Positions 1 through 13,612 of a stretch of 64,000 nucleotides of DNA are shown piece after piece. The DNA is taken from positions 200,694,001 through 200,758,000 of the forward strand of contig OX597815.1 of assembly GCA_951406725.2 (NCBI GenBank), in the 5' to 3' direction. The translations under genes and the position numbers were made by a program. The stretch comes from Octopus vulgaris. Its lineage: Eukaryota. Within the stretch, counting starts at the first letter, position 1; the number at the start of each line of letters is the position of its first letter. The notes beneath the pieces were generated by a model. That model had not been told where the DNA came from and did not search any database. It saw nothing but the letters and a program-made list of their open reading frames with translations.

Positions 1-251
1 TGTTCTAGAGATTGTACGTAAATAAGGTAATAACGTGTGCTTGTACTTATACACACATTTGCACGTGCATGTATATATGTAAATATATAGGTGTATATAT
101 ATAGAGATAGATAGATATATGTGTGTGCTGTACATATATCTATCTCTCCCTCTCTCTCTCTCTCCCTCTATATATATATAGTATATATATATATATATAT
201 AAATATATATGCATGTATATATCTACATATATATTCACACACATATCACAC

Positions 252-310
<59 letters not shown>

Positions 311-346
311 ATATATGGTAGAAATATATATATATGTTTATATACA

Positions 347-405
<59 letters not shown>

Positions 406-993
406 AATATATATATATTTCTACTATATATTATATATAGATACATACATATATATATATTTGCAAACAGCACACAAATCCGTTGAGTCTAACCAAAATG
501 CAAGAATTTTCACTAAGAGGCCAATAACATTTATGGAATAGATAAACAGTTCTTTAGAGCGAGTTTAGTGAGTTCTTTCTTTTACCTCTGAAATCTGCAG
601 ACTTCTTTTCCTGAGTTCTTTTCTTCACCCCAATGTTTTGTTTTCTATCTTCTTTTTGTATCTCATTTTTTTTCGACTGATACTTCCGAATCTATGGTCC
701 TCTTCTGCTTCTTTACGTTGCCAAGTTCACACTCTTTTTGCAGTCAGTTCAAGACCGTTCACTCTTCGCGCTGACTGCCGAAACCAACTTCATACTCTAC
801 ACCACATACTGTGTCAACTGTTCCATACAATATTACCAGGCAACATCACTCACATCGACTGCTTCATATGTACCGCTTGGCACCAACTACTACATCAAAC
901 CGTTCAAATCGGTCTCTCTCACACATGAACGTCGCACATGGATTTCCAGTCCGAATTTTTAACCACCTGTTCAAATTGGCTTCCAGCGCAAAA

Positions 994-2855
994 TTTATTT
1001 TTTAATTAACCACTAGGGTCAAAACACTGATGGGACAGCACAAGGACATACAAAACGAAGAAGAGGGGAAAAGAATAAAATCGAATTAATAATGAAAATA
1101 AGAATATATGAAAAGATGGAATGACGAACGATCGAGATCCACTCCCGAGCTGTCACATTGAACCATTAATTACTCACAATGTTCCAATGTCAAGCACTTT
1201 TCAAAAATCAATGAAACCACGTACTCCAAGATGTCGTTGTACTCCACTTCAAGAGGCAATGCATCTATGCACAACTCTCTGTATATATCGGTAATGTCCG
1301 GCCCGAATTTTTGTTTTAGTCTTTTGAAATCCCTTTCGTCCACCAGCACACACTTCAAATAGGCAGTAGAGTCTTCTAAATTTACCTTTATGGTAGACTT
1401 TAATCTTTAAATTTCTCTAACCAGTTTGCTGTTTCTTTAATCGCATGACAAATTTAATCTCTTTTTCCCTAGGTTTTGCGTGTGTTTCTGTGGAAACCAT
1501 TTTAGTATTAGTGGCGGATGGGGCTGGAAGGGGATTGGCATCTGATTTGGGAGGACTGGCTAAAGCGGGGATTGGAGGTACTGGAGCGGGGGTAGGGTGA
1601 GGACTGGAGTCTGGGTAATGAGCTCTTCCCCTTTCTTCTTCTTTTACCTTCTGTCACCGTCGACCAATCCTTGTTTTCTTTCTCTTGTTTCTCTATCTTT
1701 TATGTTCCTTCAGTCAGTGGAGGTGCTTTTACTTTTTCGCCGGGGCCAACTAGTGGTGTTAATACTGGTAATGGAGAACAGTCTGCTGTAATCTGAACTT
1801 TCTTACCTCACGTGAAACATTGCGGTCTCCTACCCACTACTTACACTCTCAATTGTCTGTCTTGGCCTATCCAAATGTTGTAAACTATGTTCTCTAGCAC
1901 TTCTGGGGGAGGCTTGGATAATCATTTCAATCCTTTGTTCTTGCCAGTTGCGTTGAGAGACTTTGATAATTCGAAGGACGGAGAATTTATCCTTTTCCCC
2001 ATTATAATAACTGCTACAATCCAGCCAACCTCCACGTCCAGCTGTATCTCCTTCACTCTTACCCTGGAAGCTCGTCTCCCAAGGTAAGTTGTGAGGAGCG
2101 CCACCTCTGCCGTATTTATGGAGACCATACAATAATACTTGACTCTTTCTTCTGTTTCGAACCGCACCTCCACTGTGGCGAACTTGCTTTCTCTCGTAAC
2201 GTATGTTATGTCTTTCCAAATGTATTTCAGACATGTTTATATTTCTTTCTTTCATACAATCTCTATCCTATTCTTTTTCCAAACACAAAGGTTTATACAA
2301 TAATACTTGGCTCTTTCTTCTGTTTCGAACCGCACCTCCACTGTGGCGAACTTGCTTTCTCTCGTAACGTATGTAATGTTTTCCAAATGTATTTCAGACA
2401 TGTTTATATTTCTTTCTTTGATACAATCTCTATCCTTTCTTTTTCCAAATACAAAGGTTTTGAACACAATTATTTCTTTTTCCACTCAATGGCTTACTTC
2501 CTTTGGCGGGCTCACCAGATTTCGTGCGCTTCTCTTTTTATTAAGTCTTTAAATTTCTCGAACTCTTCCTTACTTACTTTACCTCCTCTCACGAATTACC
2601 AGTCACTGCTGCAAAACTCTTTTCTCCCTTCACCTTGTCCATGCTATCAAAGCATCCAAACAATTCCTCCTGAGAGGACTCTAAGTCGGAATGCATCTAC
2701 ATAAAAACACAACGCTCTTCCCATTAAACCAGTGGAAAAATAAAGGTACCAATAACAGCATTTTTCAACATGATTTTCAAAAATAACACTAACTGTTGGG
2801 GAAAAAACTTCTACGTTATGGGACTAGCACGAACTCACTCGCCACGCGGGCAAAT
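994..2855 (-). mobile_element. Degenerate non-LTR retroelement carrying only a gag-like ORF1 (HAL1/L1-Tx1-like), A-rich 3' end
   Basis: Minus-strand frameshifted reading from ~2695 (MHSDLESSQEELF..KSFAAVTG) through ORF-track pieces 2252-2485, 1922-2173 and 1830-2255 to a decayed zinc knuckle GRRPQCFT*GKKVQITADC (~1780-1830), a Pro-rich tract and ORF 1170-1358. It ends in ..ccctagtggttaattaaaaaaataaa at ~994. No APE or RT was seen. Confidence 0.55.
2127..2460. repeat. Tandem duplication of ~167 bp within the ORF1 relic
   Basis: atacaataatactt..ttttccaaa(c/t)acaaaggttt occurs twice head-to-tail (2127-2294, 2295-2460). Confidence 0.9.
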
Positions 2856-3122
2856 AGTCTTCATAGTACAGGTTTAGCACTGGGGTCGATGTAATCGGCT
2901 TAATCCGTTTGTCTGTCCTTGTTTGTCCCCTCTTTGTTTAGCATCTTGTGGGTTGTAAAGAAATATATACTGTACCGTAAAAGTGCGCCAAAATCATAAC
3001 ACCTACGCTTTAAACAGTCACATGACCACAAAGGAATTAGCTTGTCTTCGCTAACAAAACCTGAGAGCGGTATTCGTACGAGCGGGAAGTTATCTGAATA
3101 TAATTTTTTTTCGTTCGTAATA

Positions 3123-3414
3123 TATATATTAGAAGAAATAAGGTACTCAGTAATCTGGATGGTTTTATATTTACATATTTTTTATTAATATGTCAGATGT
3201 TTTTATAAATCATATATTAACGCTTGCATCTACTCTTGTAGAATCTCCAAAATCTGAAGAACCTACTGAAGTAGATGCAAGCGTTAATATATAATATACA
3301 AAAACATGTGACATATTAAGAAAAATCTGTAAATATTAAACCGTCCAGATTTCTGAGTACCTTAATTCTTCTAATATATAATACCTGTACATCACCTCCA
3401 AACTTTCTAATATA
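3123..3414 (+). mobile_element. Diverged mini fold-back, PLE pseudo-LTR-like, with degenerate HHR-like core
   Basis: Imperfect inverted arms 3123-3234 and 3270-3380. CTGAAGA-acCTAC tgaa GTAGat-GCAAGCGTT at 3254-3285. Short unpaired tail and TA flanks. Confidence 0.65.
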
Positions 3415-4452
3415 TGTGTGTATGTGTGGGCGTGTGTGTATGTATGTATGTATGTATGTATGTATGTATTATGTATGTATGTATGTATTTATGCATGTAT
3501 GTATGTATGTATGTATATATGTATGTATGTATGTAGGTTGGTAGGTATGTAGGTAGGTAGGTAGGTAGGTAAGTAGGTAGGTAGGCGTGAATGTGCAGGC
3601 TGAATGGCTCAGCGGATTGTATGCTTCAATGAGTTCGTCTCCGCATATCGAGGCTATCAGTCATGTTTACAGTAAAACATGTAGCTCTGATTTGTTATCA
3701 AATTTGTCCAAGCTGAAAATTTAAAAAGAAATTAATAAGAAAGCCACTTCTTACTGATCACAGCAGGTCTAGAATGTCTTTCTATTCAGACAGGTGTAAT
3801 ACGGGGTGTTTATATAGCCTGGGCAGTCAATACTAGTATTTTCCCTGAATTTTTGTAAAATGTCTTAGCACCATTTACAGACGCGCTTAGTACATGATAC
3901 ATACACATACTCAGTTGTGAGCACACATTTGTGTATCTATCTATATCTTTATACATCCACGCACTAAGATATAAAAATACATATTCAAAGCTAACTAGTA
4001 TCTGAAAGTATTTCGGCGCCCACGAAAACCCGCCACCAGCGCAGGGATACTAATGTTATAGTAGGTTTTGATCATTGTTTAACCTAAGTGTGTTACACGC
4101 GTCCATCTACTTTGATCAGTAATAATATTATGATAGCTAGAAAAGGTAAAAACATAGTTATTCGGAACAAACAAAATAGTATTACAATGATTGGAAGGAT
4201 TAAGGAGAATAGTAATAATATTATTGTTAACTAATAGTGTTAAGATTCAACAACGTAATACTATTAGACACTGCAACACAAATACTGATCATGGTTTAAA
4301 ATTATATATTGTCTTCGTCTGATAACGTAGATAATGTTAAAAAGAACTCTCGCCGTGAATAGGAACAGACTCTCTAGCGTAAATCACAAAATGCGTCCAC
4401 ACAATACGTATAAACGAAATAAAGATTATTATGAATTGACAAATGTATGTTA

Positions 4453-4715
<263 letters not shown>

Positions 4716-4940
4716 ATATATGTCTATAATTAATTATCCTTTGATATTCTTTTACATTATTTGTTTAATTTTTGATGCTATTTCATTTTTACTTTAATAT
4801 ATATACCGAAATAATTTTTTTTACTCCCAAACGCGTGATAATACTAATAAAATAGCGTCAACAGTATAGATTATCCATGCATTGTAGAAAAATACGTTAC
4901 CGGCCAATCTTTCAATATATATATATATATATATATATAT

Positions 4941-5371
4941 ACTTAACATGAATTCAACACATTAGAAAGAACAGCTTAGGTTCTGTAAACCACAAAAATA
5001 ACGGATAAAATTGTTTAACCCTAGGTTGGATCTTGTTGAAGAAGATCAGACCTTGTGAGTTCCCCCTGACTCGCTAAAAGAAGATCAGAAACCAATTGGT
5101 CCAGGGTACTAGATGGTAAATGTTTTTCATTTCCAAATTTATTCCTGTCGTATTTTATCCGTTATTTTTGTGGTTTACAGAACCTAGCTGTTCTTTTTAA
5201 TGTGTTGAATTCCCGTTAAGTGAATTCCTAATGTGTATAAATATGCACTATTTCATATGACTAATATATAGTCTTCTTGACTAATTTTTTTTTGTACGGT
5301 AGACCACTGGAAATGTAAATTTTGATTGAATATTTTAATTTTAATTACATTCCATTTCCCTTCGATATGAT

Positions 5372-5373
<2 letters not shown>
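4941..5373 (+). mobile_element. Mini fold-back PLE-derived insertion in (TA)n with HHR
   Basis: Arms 4941-5011 and 5152-5221, tail to ~5373, (TA)n on both sides. Confidence 0.75.
5030..5107 (+). ncRNA. Type I hammerhead ribozyme, decayed by C>T changes
   Basis: atcttg TTGAAGA a-GATC..GATC-a GAAA CCAATTG GTC cagggt. Stem I atcttg/cagggt, palindromic stem III ACCAATTGGT, GUC triplet; core C3 is mutated to U. Confidence 0.6.
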
Positions 5374-5416
<43 letters not shown>

Positions 5417-5631
5417 CTCTCTTTATCTTTTCTTGCTATTTTGCTTCAATTGAGGGTGGTGAATCCTTTAATTTCAGTCTAGCTTCACCTTAATTGATAT
5501 AAGGGTTTTTCGTTTGTGTTGAAAATTTCTCCTATAAAAATAGGTCCACAATATATTGTTACTTAGATGTATAAATTTAAGAACCAGCAACGAAATATGG
5601 TTATTTCCAGTTTCTGTTTTCTATATAGTAT

Positions 5632-5726
<95 letters not shown>

Positions 5727-5778
5727 TATATATATATACGTATACATATATGTATATATATGTATACATATATGTATG

Positions 5779-5809
<31 letters not shown>

Positions 5810-6415
5810 ATGTGTGTGTGTGTGTGTGTATATATATACATATGTAGCATGTATGTATATATGTATTAATAGATTCCTGTTGTAATTATGATGTTCAGAT
5901 TATTTGACGAGCCGACTTACCTTATTTGCATGAATTGTAAGTACACAATTTTATACTGTAATGTTGAGCAAACATATTAATGCAAATACGAATGCATAAC
6001 TTCTTGGACACTGAATTGAATATTATATAGAGAAGTTCAGAAACTGCATTAATACAATGGAATTCACGTGCATTGATAAGCCTATAGTCACATCTCCTAT
6101 CTTACTCTATGTATCTGTAAATTTCTGCATATATGCGATTGTGTGTGTGTGTGTGTGGCTAAGTATATATATATATATATATATGTAGTATATATGTACA
6201 TGTTGTTTGTGCCTTCTCGAACCATGCCTGGCTCATAAGGGCCGGTCTCCCGATTGCATTGGCCTATAGGTTCCCAACCTGGATAGGACGCCTGTCCGTC
6301 GCAATTAAGCTGCTTGGTGCAGGAGGAAAGAAGAGAGAGAGAGAGAGAGAGAGTTGTGGCGAAATAGCTATGTAATATTTACATACATGCATACATATAT
6401 TTATATAGATAATTG

Positions 6416-6498
<83 letters not shown>

Positions 6499-6501
6499 TA
6501 A

Positions 6502-6565
<64 letters not shown>

Positions 6566-6566
6566 G

Positions 6567-6600
<34 letters not shown>

Positions 6601-7630
6601 CATGCATACATACATGTACATACAAACATATATGTAAGTCTCGATCTTTTATACTATTCAGTCTAGAGATGGCTGTGGATTGTTTTCGACAATATATGAC
6701 ATCTGTCAACGTGATACACTCATAGAGATTTCTAATTTGCTCGCAAGATGAGGAAATTTTTGTCAAGGAGACAACATATTACATCTATTCAATTACATGT
6801 CTGATATATTATCTTATCGTCGCAATGATAAATTGCACACTCCCCTTCGAAGCGTTCTGAGTGCCCAAAGTCTGAAAATGCAGAGCAATATGAGTTTACA
6901 TATTTAAACTCATGAGCTGCAGAGTAGAGAATATATTGGATAGATATCTCAGTCGATTTTTGTACTCGTCTCCTTTATTTCACCGACCAGGAATAGCAGA
7001 AACTGAAGGTAACCTAGGTTACATTTGGTGTCAGGAAGTGATGGCCCTATGTCAATTTTCTCTGACGTTCTGACGATTAAGATATATGAAAGAATTGAAA
7101 ATATCTTTATTTGCAATGACGCATATTGTGATTTTTAAAGGAACACTGTCATTTCTATCAGTTGTGGAATAATGTTTTCGTGTGTATCACTCGGTGCAAG
7201 TATTTTGGTTATTTGACCTACCATATAATCCGTTTATAATGCAGTTTGATGAAAGAAAATACCGCTAAAAATGTGAAATCTACTGATCATGTACTTGCAA
7301 AACGCAATATTTTATATTTTATATAACTACAATTATTCATATAAACAAACTGACATAAACAGAGGCACAACGATAAATTGTTGCATAGAGAAAGTGATAG
7401 ATAGTGAGAAAAGTAAAAGTTATGAAAAATGAATGAAAAATGAGAGTAGAACAAGCCAAAAAGGGAGAGAGAGAGAAGCAGCGAAGGAAATTGAATTATG
7501 CATACAGTTAAATTGGCAAGTTTTCATTATGTACCAAAATATGTGTAAATATAAAGAAGATTGATGACTATAATAAGCATTCTTATACATATATGCATGC
7601 TCATCTAATACGCATCCATGATTTCCACTT

Positions 7631-7667
<37 letters not shown>

Positions 7668-7689
7668 GCACGCACATACATACATACTT

Positions 7690-7746
<57 letters not shown>

Positions 7747-8359
7747 CATATATGCGCGCGAACACACACATAAAGACACGTACACAGGCACACACACACA
7801 CATGTGCATAAATAAAAGTGTGAGAGAGTTAAATAGATAGCTAATTAACTATTGGAATACATTCGTAATGGAAGACAAAAATCCATTGAGATTTTTATTT
7901 ACTTTTTCTTTTCTGTTTCTAACATACTGGGTATATTTCTAAGAAGCAAAGATAATTCCATTCTTATTCTGTGAATCTAGTCTGGTGCTTTGTATTCGCA
8001 GTACCAGTATTTTATTTAGATAACTGTTAATATTACATTCTTCGTGCGTTAATTCGTTGTGTTGCGAGAGGAAATTGTATGACGTTCATTTTAAAATAAC
8101 TACATTTAAGGAATAACGATTTACTTACTTTGTTTAATTATACAAATGTGTTGTTTTCAGTGATAAGTTTTGGTAATTCTCTAAACCATCATCATTAAGT
8201 TATAGAAATATTGCAAACTTTCTCTAAACGATACACGTTTTATATCCGCAGATACGCCCATACAAAAGATGGAATTGGGCAAAATACTGAAGAAAAATGT
8301 TATATAAACAATCTAATTCAATATATAATTAGGCGCTTTCCGCAGACTGTGTATTTGAC

Positions 8360-8842
8360 ATGATACACATACACACACAAGCACACACACATACACAGAA
8401 ACACACGACCACACACACACACGCGCGCATACACGGAAACACACGAGCACACACACATACACGGAAACACACGAGCACACACACGCACACACATACACAC
8501 ACATACACGGAAACACACGAGCACACACATACACGGAAACACACAAGCACACACACACGCACACACACACACATACACGGAAACACACGAGCACACACAC
8601 GCGCACACACACAAGGAAACACACGAACACAGACACACACACACACACACGGAATACACGGAAACACACGAGCACACACACACGCACACACACACATGCA
8701 CAGAAACACGCGCACACACATACACACACGTGCATGCACCCACATATTCACAAGCAGCACACACACGCACACACACACATACACGGAAACACACGAGCAC
8801 CCACACGCGCACACACACACGGAAACACACACACACACACTC
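8360..8842. repeat. CA-based minisatellite, unit ~ acacacatacacggaaacacacgagc
   Basis: The motif (c)ggaaacacac recurs many times, separated by (CA)n. Confidence 0.9.
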
Positions 8843-9067
8843 GCATACAAGCTCACTCATTCACATCATATGATTTCCCCGCCAACTCAGTCAAATGATT
8901 TAATCTTTACTTTAATTGATTCTTGGGCTACGCATCAACCGCCAGAACAACGCACAGCAAAAAAAGAAACCACGTTGCGTAAATTTATACGATTATTATA
9001 CAAACTCAGTATGATGTATTTATACATTTACATGGTCTTGGTAGTTTACAATACACACACACACACA

Positions 9068-9378
<311 letters not shown>

Positions 9379-9473
9379 AACTCAGTATAATGTATTTATT
9401 CATTTACATGGTCTTGGTAGTTTACAATACACAGACACACAGACACACACACACATATATATATACATACATC

Positions 9474-10069
9474 AGGCGTGTCCTTGTGGTACGAGAATTG
9501 GTTCTCAACTGCATGGAACCAGTGGCACCTTACGCGAGTATTTTCTACTATAGTCCTTGTGAGTGGATCTGGTAGATATATATATGTAATAAGCAGAAAA
9601 TGATCAGTAAAGAAATTGACTACCTTCCGTAATTATATTTTAATACAAAATTTTAACATGGCTTACAGCCGTTTCTTCAACGAATGTCAGACGGTGCCGA
9701 CTGACGTTGGTAGCAGAAACGGCTGTAATACAAAAAAACGTTTTGTAATTAAAAAATAAAAAAGGAACGATATTAATCGACGGTAGTCAATTTGTTTCAA
9801 GATGGAATGTTTTCTCCATTTTCTGCTTATTTGAAATTTGATTCCTGATAAACTCTTGTTTATTCTGTATCCTAAGACCAGATAATGCTTATATATCCAT
9901 GCCCAGGATTAACATAGGTAATTAATTCTAATAGTAATAACGGATATTCTTAATCCCTTAGACAGTTGCTCCAACCGCTAACTCTACTTACCTTTACACA
10001 CACTCACACACACACACGCGCGCGCGCACACACACATATATATACATATATACATACATACATACATAC

Positions 10070-10118
<49 letters not shown>

Positions 10119-10121
10119 TAT

Positions 10122-10174
<53 letters not shown>

Positions 10175-10385
10175 TATATATATGTATATGTGTATGTGTG
10201 TCTGCATTTGCCCCGCCACCATTGCTTGATAACCGATATTAGTGTGTTTATGTTCCGTAACTTAGCGGTTTGGCAAATTGGACCCATAGAATAAGAGCAA
10301 ATGCTGGTGTGGATTTCTTCGACTAGATCCCTTTAAGGTGATGTGGCAGCATGCCTGCAGTGAAATGACTGAAACGCTTAAAACT
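9474..10385 (+). mobile_element. Old SINE family A copy split by a fold-back insertion
   Basis: 5' half 9474-9577 (..ccttgtgagtggatctggtaga) and 3' half ~10195-10385 (..cttagcggtttggcaaa..aaatgactgaaac). Confidence 0.7.
9588..9995 (+). mobile_element. Diverged mini fold-back with HHR remnant
   Basis: Nested inverted blocks aataagcagaaaatg/cattttctgcttatt, aattgactacc/ggtagtcaatt and ttacagccgtttct/agaaacggctgtaa. CTGACG..GAAAC GGCT GTA at 9701-9727. Confidence 0.65.
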
Positions 10386-10391
10386 AAACGA

Positions 10392-10426
<35 letters not shown>

Positions 10427-11169
10427 TAGATATAAATATATATATATATATACACATATATATCACACCAGTATGCCCTATCAGTGTAATACATAAGAGC
10501 ATAGAAGTGTGTGCGTCTGTTGTATGTTTGTGAGTGCACAGTGGTTTGTGTATATTAACTATCAGCAATAACAGAACATATACAACATACAACACTACAC
10601 AAACATGCCAATCGATCAATGCACCCACACACACATGTGCACAGACATACGCATATATATTATATATATATATATACATTATATACATACATATGTATAT
10701 ATCCACATATACACGCACACATACACACACATATATCTTATCATATCATACATATATCGATACATGCAAGCACATAGTTTTCTAAATGTAAGCACGCACA
10801 CACATACACACAGAAACGGATTTATCTGCCGTCTTTTATTATACTGCTGATTATGTTAATTATATTAGAACCAAATTCTTAATATATCGATGCTACACAT
10901 GCTTATAGGAAAATAGTTACTTTCAAATATATGCATTTTCCTATGCATGTATGCATTCACTTACAATCTATTAATGTTTGGTGCATAGATTCCTACGCGT
11001 ATTTACGTTGTGTTTATAGACATAGTGTATATATATATATGTATGTATGTGTGTATGTATGTATGTATGTATGTATGTATGTATGTATGTTTGTATGTGT
11101 GTATGTGTGTGTGTTCATATTCAGTTATTTCTCTATATGATATCTATGCAAATATATATATATATATAT

Positions 11170-11352
11170 ATTTATTATATAGAAGGAGCTTCTACAGGAC
11201 TAGAACTGTTTCATTCAAGAGAAATCTTCTCCTGAAGATTTCTCTTGAATGAAACAGTTCTAGTCCTGTAGAAGCTCCTTCTATATAATAAATTAATTTT
11301 ACTCTGCTATGTATTGAGTACCTTATTTACTGTGGTTAACCCCGAATCAACC
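11170..11352 (+). mobile_element. Perfect 60-bp-arm fold-back in (TA)n with HHR-like core and tail
   Basis: Arms 11170-11229 and 11234-11293 with a 4-nt loop. CTGAAGA-tTTC tctt GAAt-GAAAC at 11232-11255. ~60 bp tail, then (TA)n. Confidence 0.8.
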
Positions 11353-11359
11353 CGGGACC

Positions 11360-11433
<74 letters not shown>

Positions 11434-11465
11434 TACTTACATAGATACATACATACATACATATA

Positions 11466-11515
<50 letters not shown>

Positions 11516-11521
11516 GATATG

Positions 11522-11575
<54 letters not shown>

Positions 11576-13201
11576 GCTAAACATAAACTTGCCTGTGTTC
11601 GCGCCAACGCATACACACGCGTATCCGGTGACAGATAAAAATAGAGTTATTGATACCTATGTAGTTACATTGATATATAGACAGTTAAACATTAATATAT
11701 ATATACAGCGATGTGTAGGTAAATATATAGTGAGATACATAGCTTGACAGATATACAGGCAGCTAATGACATAAATATACACATTGATATGGAGATATAT
11801 GCTGACATAGAAAGAGAGATAGATAAAGATAGAGAAATTTATAGGTAGATAAAATAATAGATTGGTAGAAAAATACACAGATAAATAGATAGAAAGATTG
11901 ATTTGTAGATAGATAGATAGATGGAAAGAAATATATGCGCATATTATCGATAAAAGAATTTAGTTATGATATTCATAGTTATATATATTTCCATATTCAA
12001 AACCAACTCATATGAATTTCCATAGCACACTATTCACACATTCTGATGAAGAGTAATTTGATGTATATATAATGAACGAAATTCCTACACACATTCATAC
12101 ATACATACATGCATACATACGTATATACAGAAACATACACGTGTAGACATACATAATTTCATATTCACTCGCAAGCTTGCGTACAAATACCTTTCACACA
12201 TGCATACAGAAAAAGATGTCCATATGTAAAATTCATCGATAAATACACACACATAAAACACACATGTAATACATAAAGTTATATGATAGATACATATGTT
12301 TTTCTCTCTGTGTGTGCACGCGCTCATATAGACATACATACTTACATGCATGTATATATATATACATATATGTGTGTGTATGCATATGTATACATAGATA
12401 TATATGCATGAATATATGTATAAATAAAATTTATGTATATATGGATGTGTGTGTATGTATAAATTGATAGGTAGATAGGTAAATGCATATATATATATAT
12501 AATTACATAGACATACAGACACATATTCGAAGAGAAAAAGTGAAAAATATATAAACAGAGAGAGAGAGAGAGTTAGTGTGAGTGATTGAGAGAGAGTGAT
12601 TAGGATGGAGAATGACATGAAATTAATATTCAAAAAGATAGTAACAAAATCAGGGAAAAAAAATACTGACAGAGATGCATAGATGTCTTTCATAAAGAGA
12701 CAGCAAGACAGACAGAAATAGATTGGCGATTAATTCCTGAACACACAAGCGTATGCAATTATGAAGTCTCCGACTATCTCATCAGACCTGAAACGATCCA
12801 TTATTTGTCCGTCTCCGAAAGTTTGCTCTTTAATAAACCACTCCTAGTAACTTCAAAGCCGATACTGAGACAGTACACAACAACTTTATCAGCTATTTAA
12901 TGCTCATATTAAAAGCAGGACTTATTATCTTTCATCATTTAATTTTCTTTCAAACTTCTTCGGACACATTTCTAATATAATTTGCAATTTCAATCGCGTC
13001 TTCTTGTTTGACGTATGTCAGGGGAATGTTTACGCTAAATTCTCCATTGACCTAAACTCGATATTTCATAAATGTATTTTTGTTTCTGCTAGCTGGCGAT
13101 TTCAGATTGTCTTCTTGAAGTAAAGTACGACACACCTCTCCTCCTTCTGTCATAATAACCAATAAGCAATGAATTTCGCTGACTTACATTCAACCTAGAC
13201 T

Positions 13202-13233
<32 letters not shown>

Positions 13234-13438
13234 TTGATAAAGAAAGAAAGAAAGAAAAAGAGTCTAACAGAGAGAGGTGAGGCAGAGAAAGCGAGCTATT
13301 GTGCATAATGTAGAATATAAAATATTTATTTTTGGAAATGGAACAAATTATAAAAAAATACCTGACCTTTCCATGGTCGGTGAAATCCATCACCGTCCAT
13401 TAAGCCGTGCTGAGTTTATAGTGAAATGTATGAGAGTT

Positions 13439-13612
13439 AGAGTGGTTGTATACTGTCAACTTAATGTGACAGTCCCGTATGGGAATTACATCACCGCTGT
13501 TTAGCCCTAGGAAGCATCTAACGCTTCCTGTCGATGCTTCCTCGGGCTAAACAGCGGTGGTGTAATTCCCATACGGGACTGTCACATTAAGTTGACAGTA
13601 TACAACCACTCT
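13439..13612. repeat. 80-bp-arm inverted repeat with 14-nt spacer
   Basis: Arms 13439-13518 and 13533-13612, two mismatches seen. Not flanked by TA repeats. Confidence 0.9.

Noticed and set aside
780-930. PHD-like Cys/His spacing on the minus strand
   Set aside because: Multiple stops and too degenerate to call.
8360-8842. Repeat-spacer appearance suggestive of CRISPR
   Set aside because: The spacers are CA repeats, the context is eukaryotic and there are no cas genes; it is a minisatellite.
12040-12085. CTGATGA..GAAA motif
   Set aside because: Stems I-III could not be formed convincingly.
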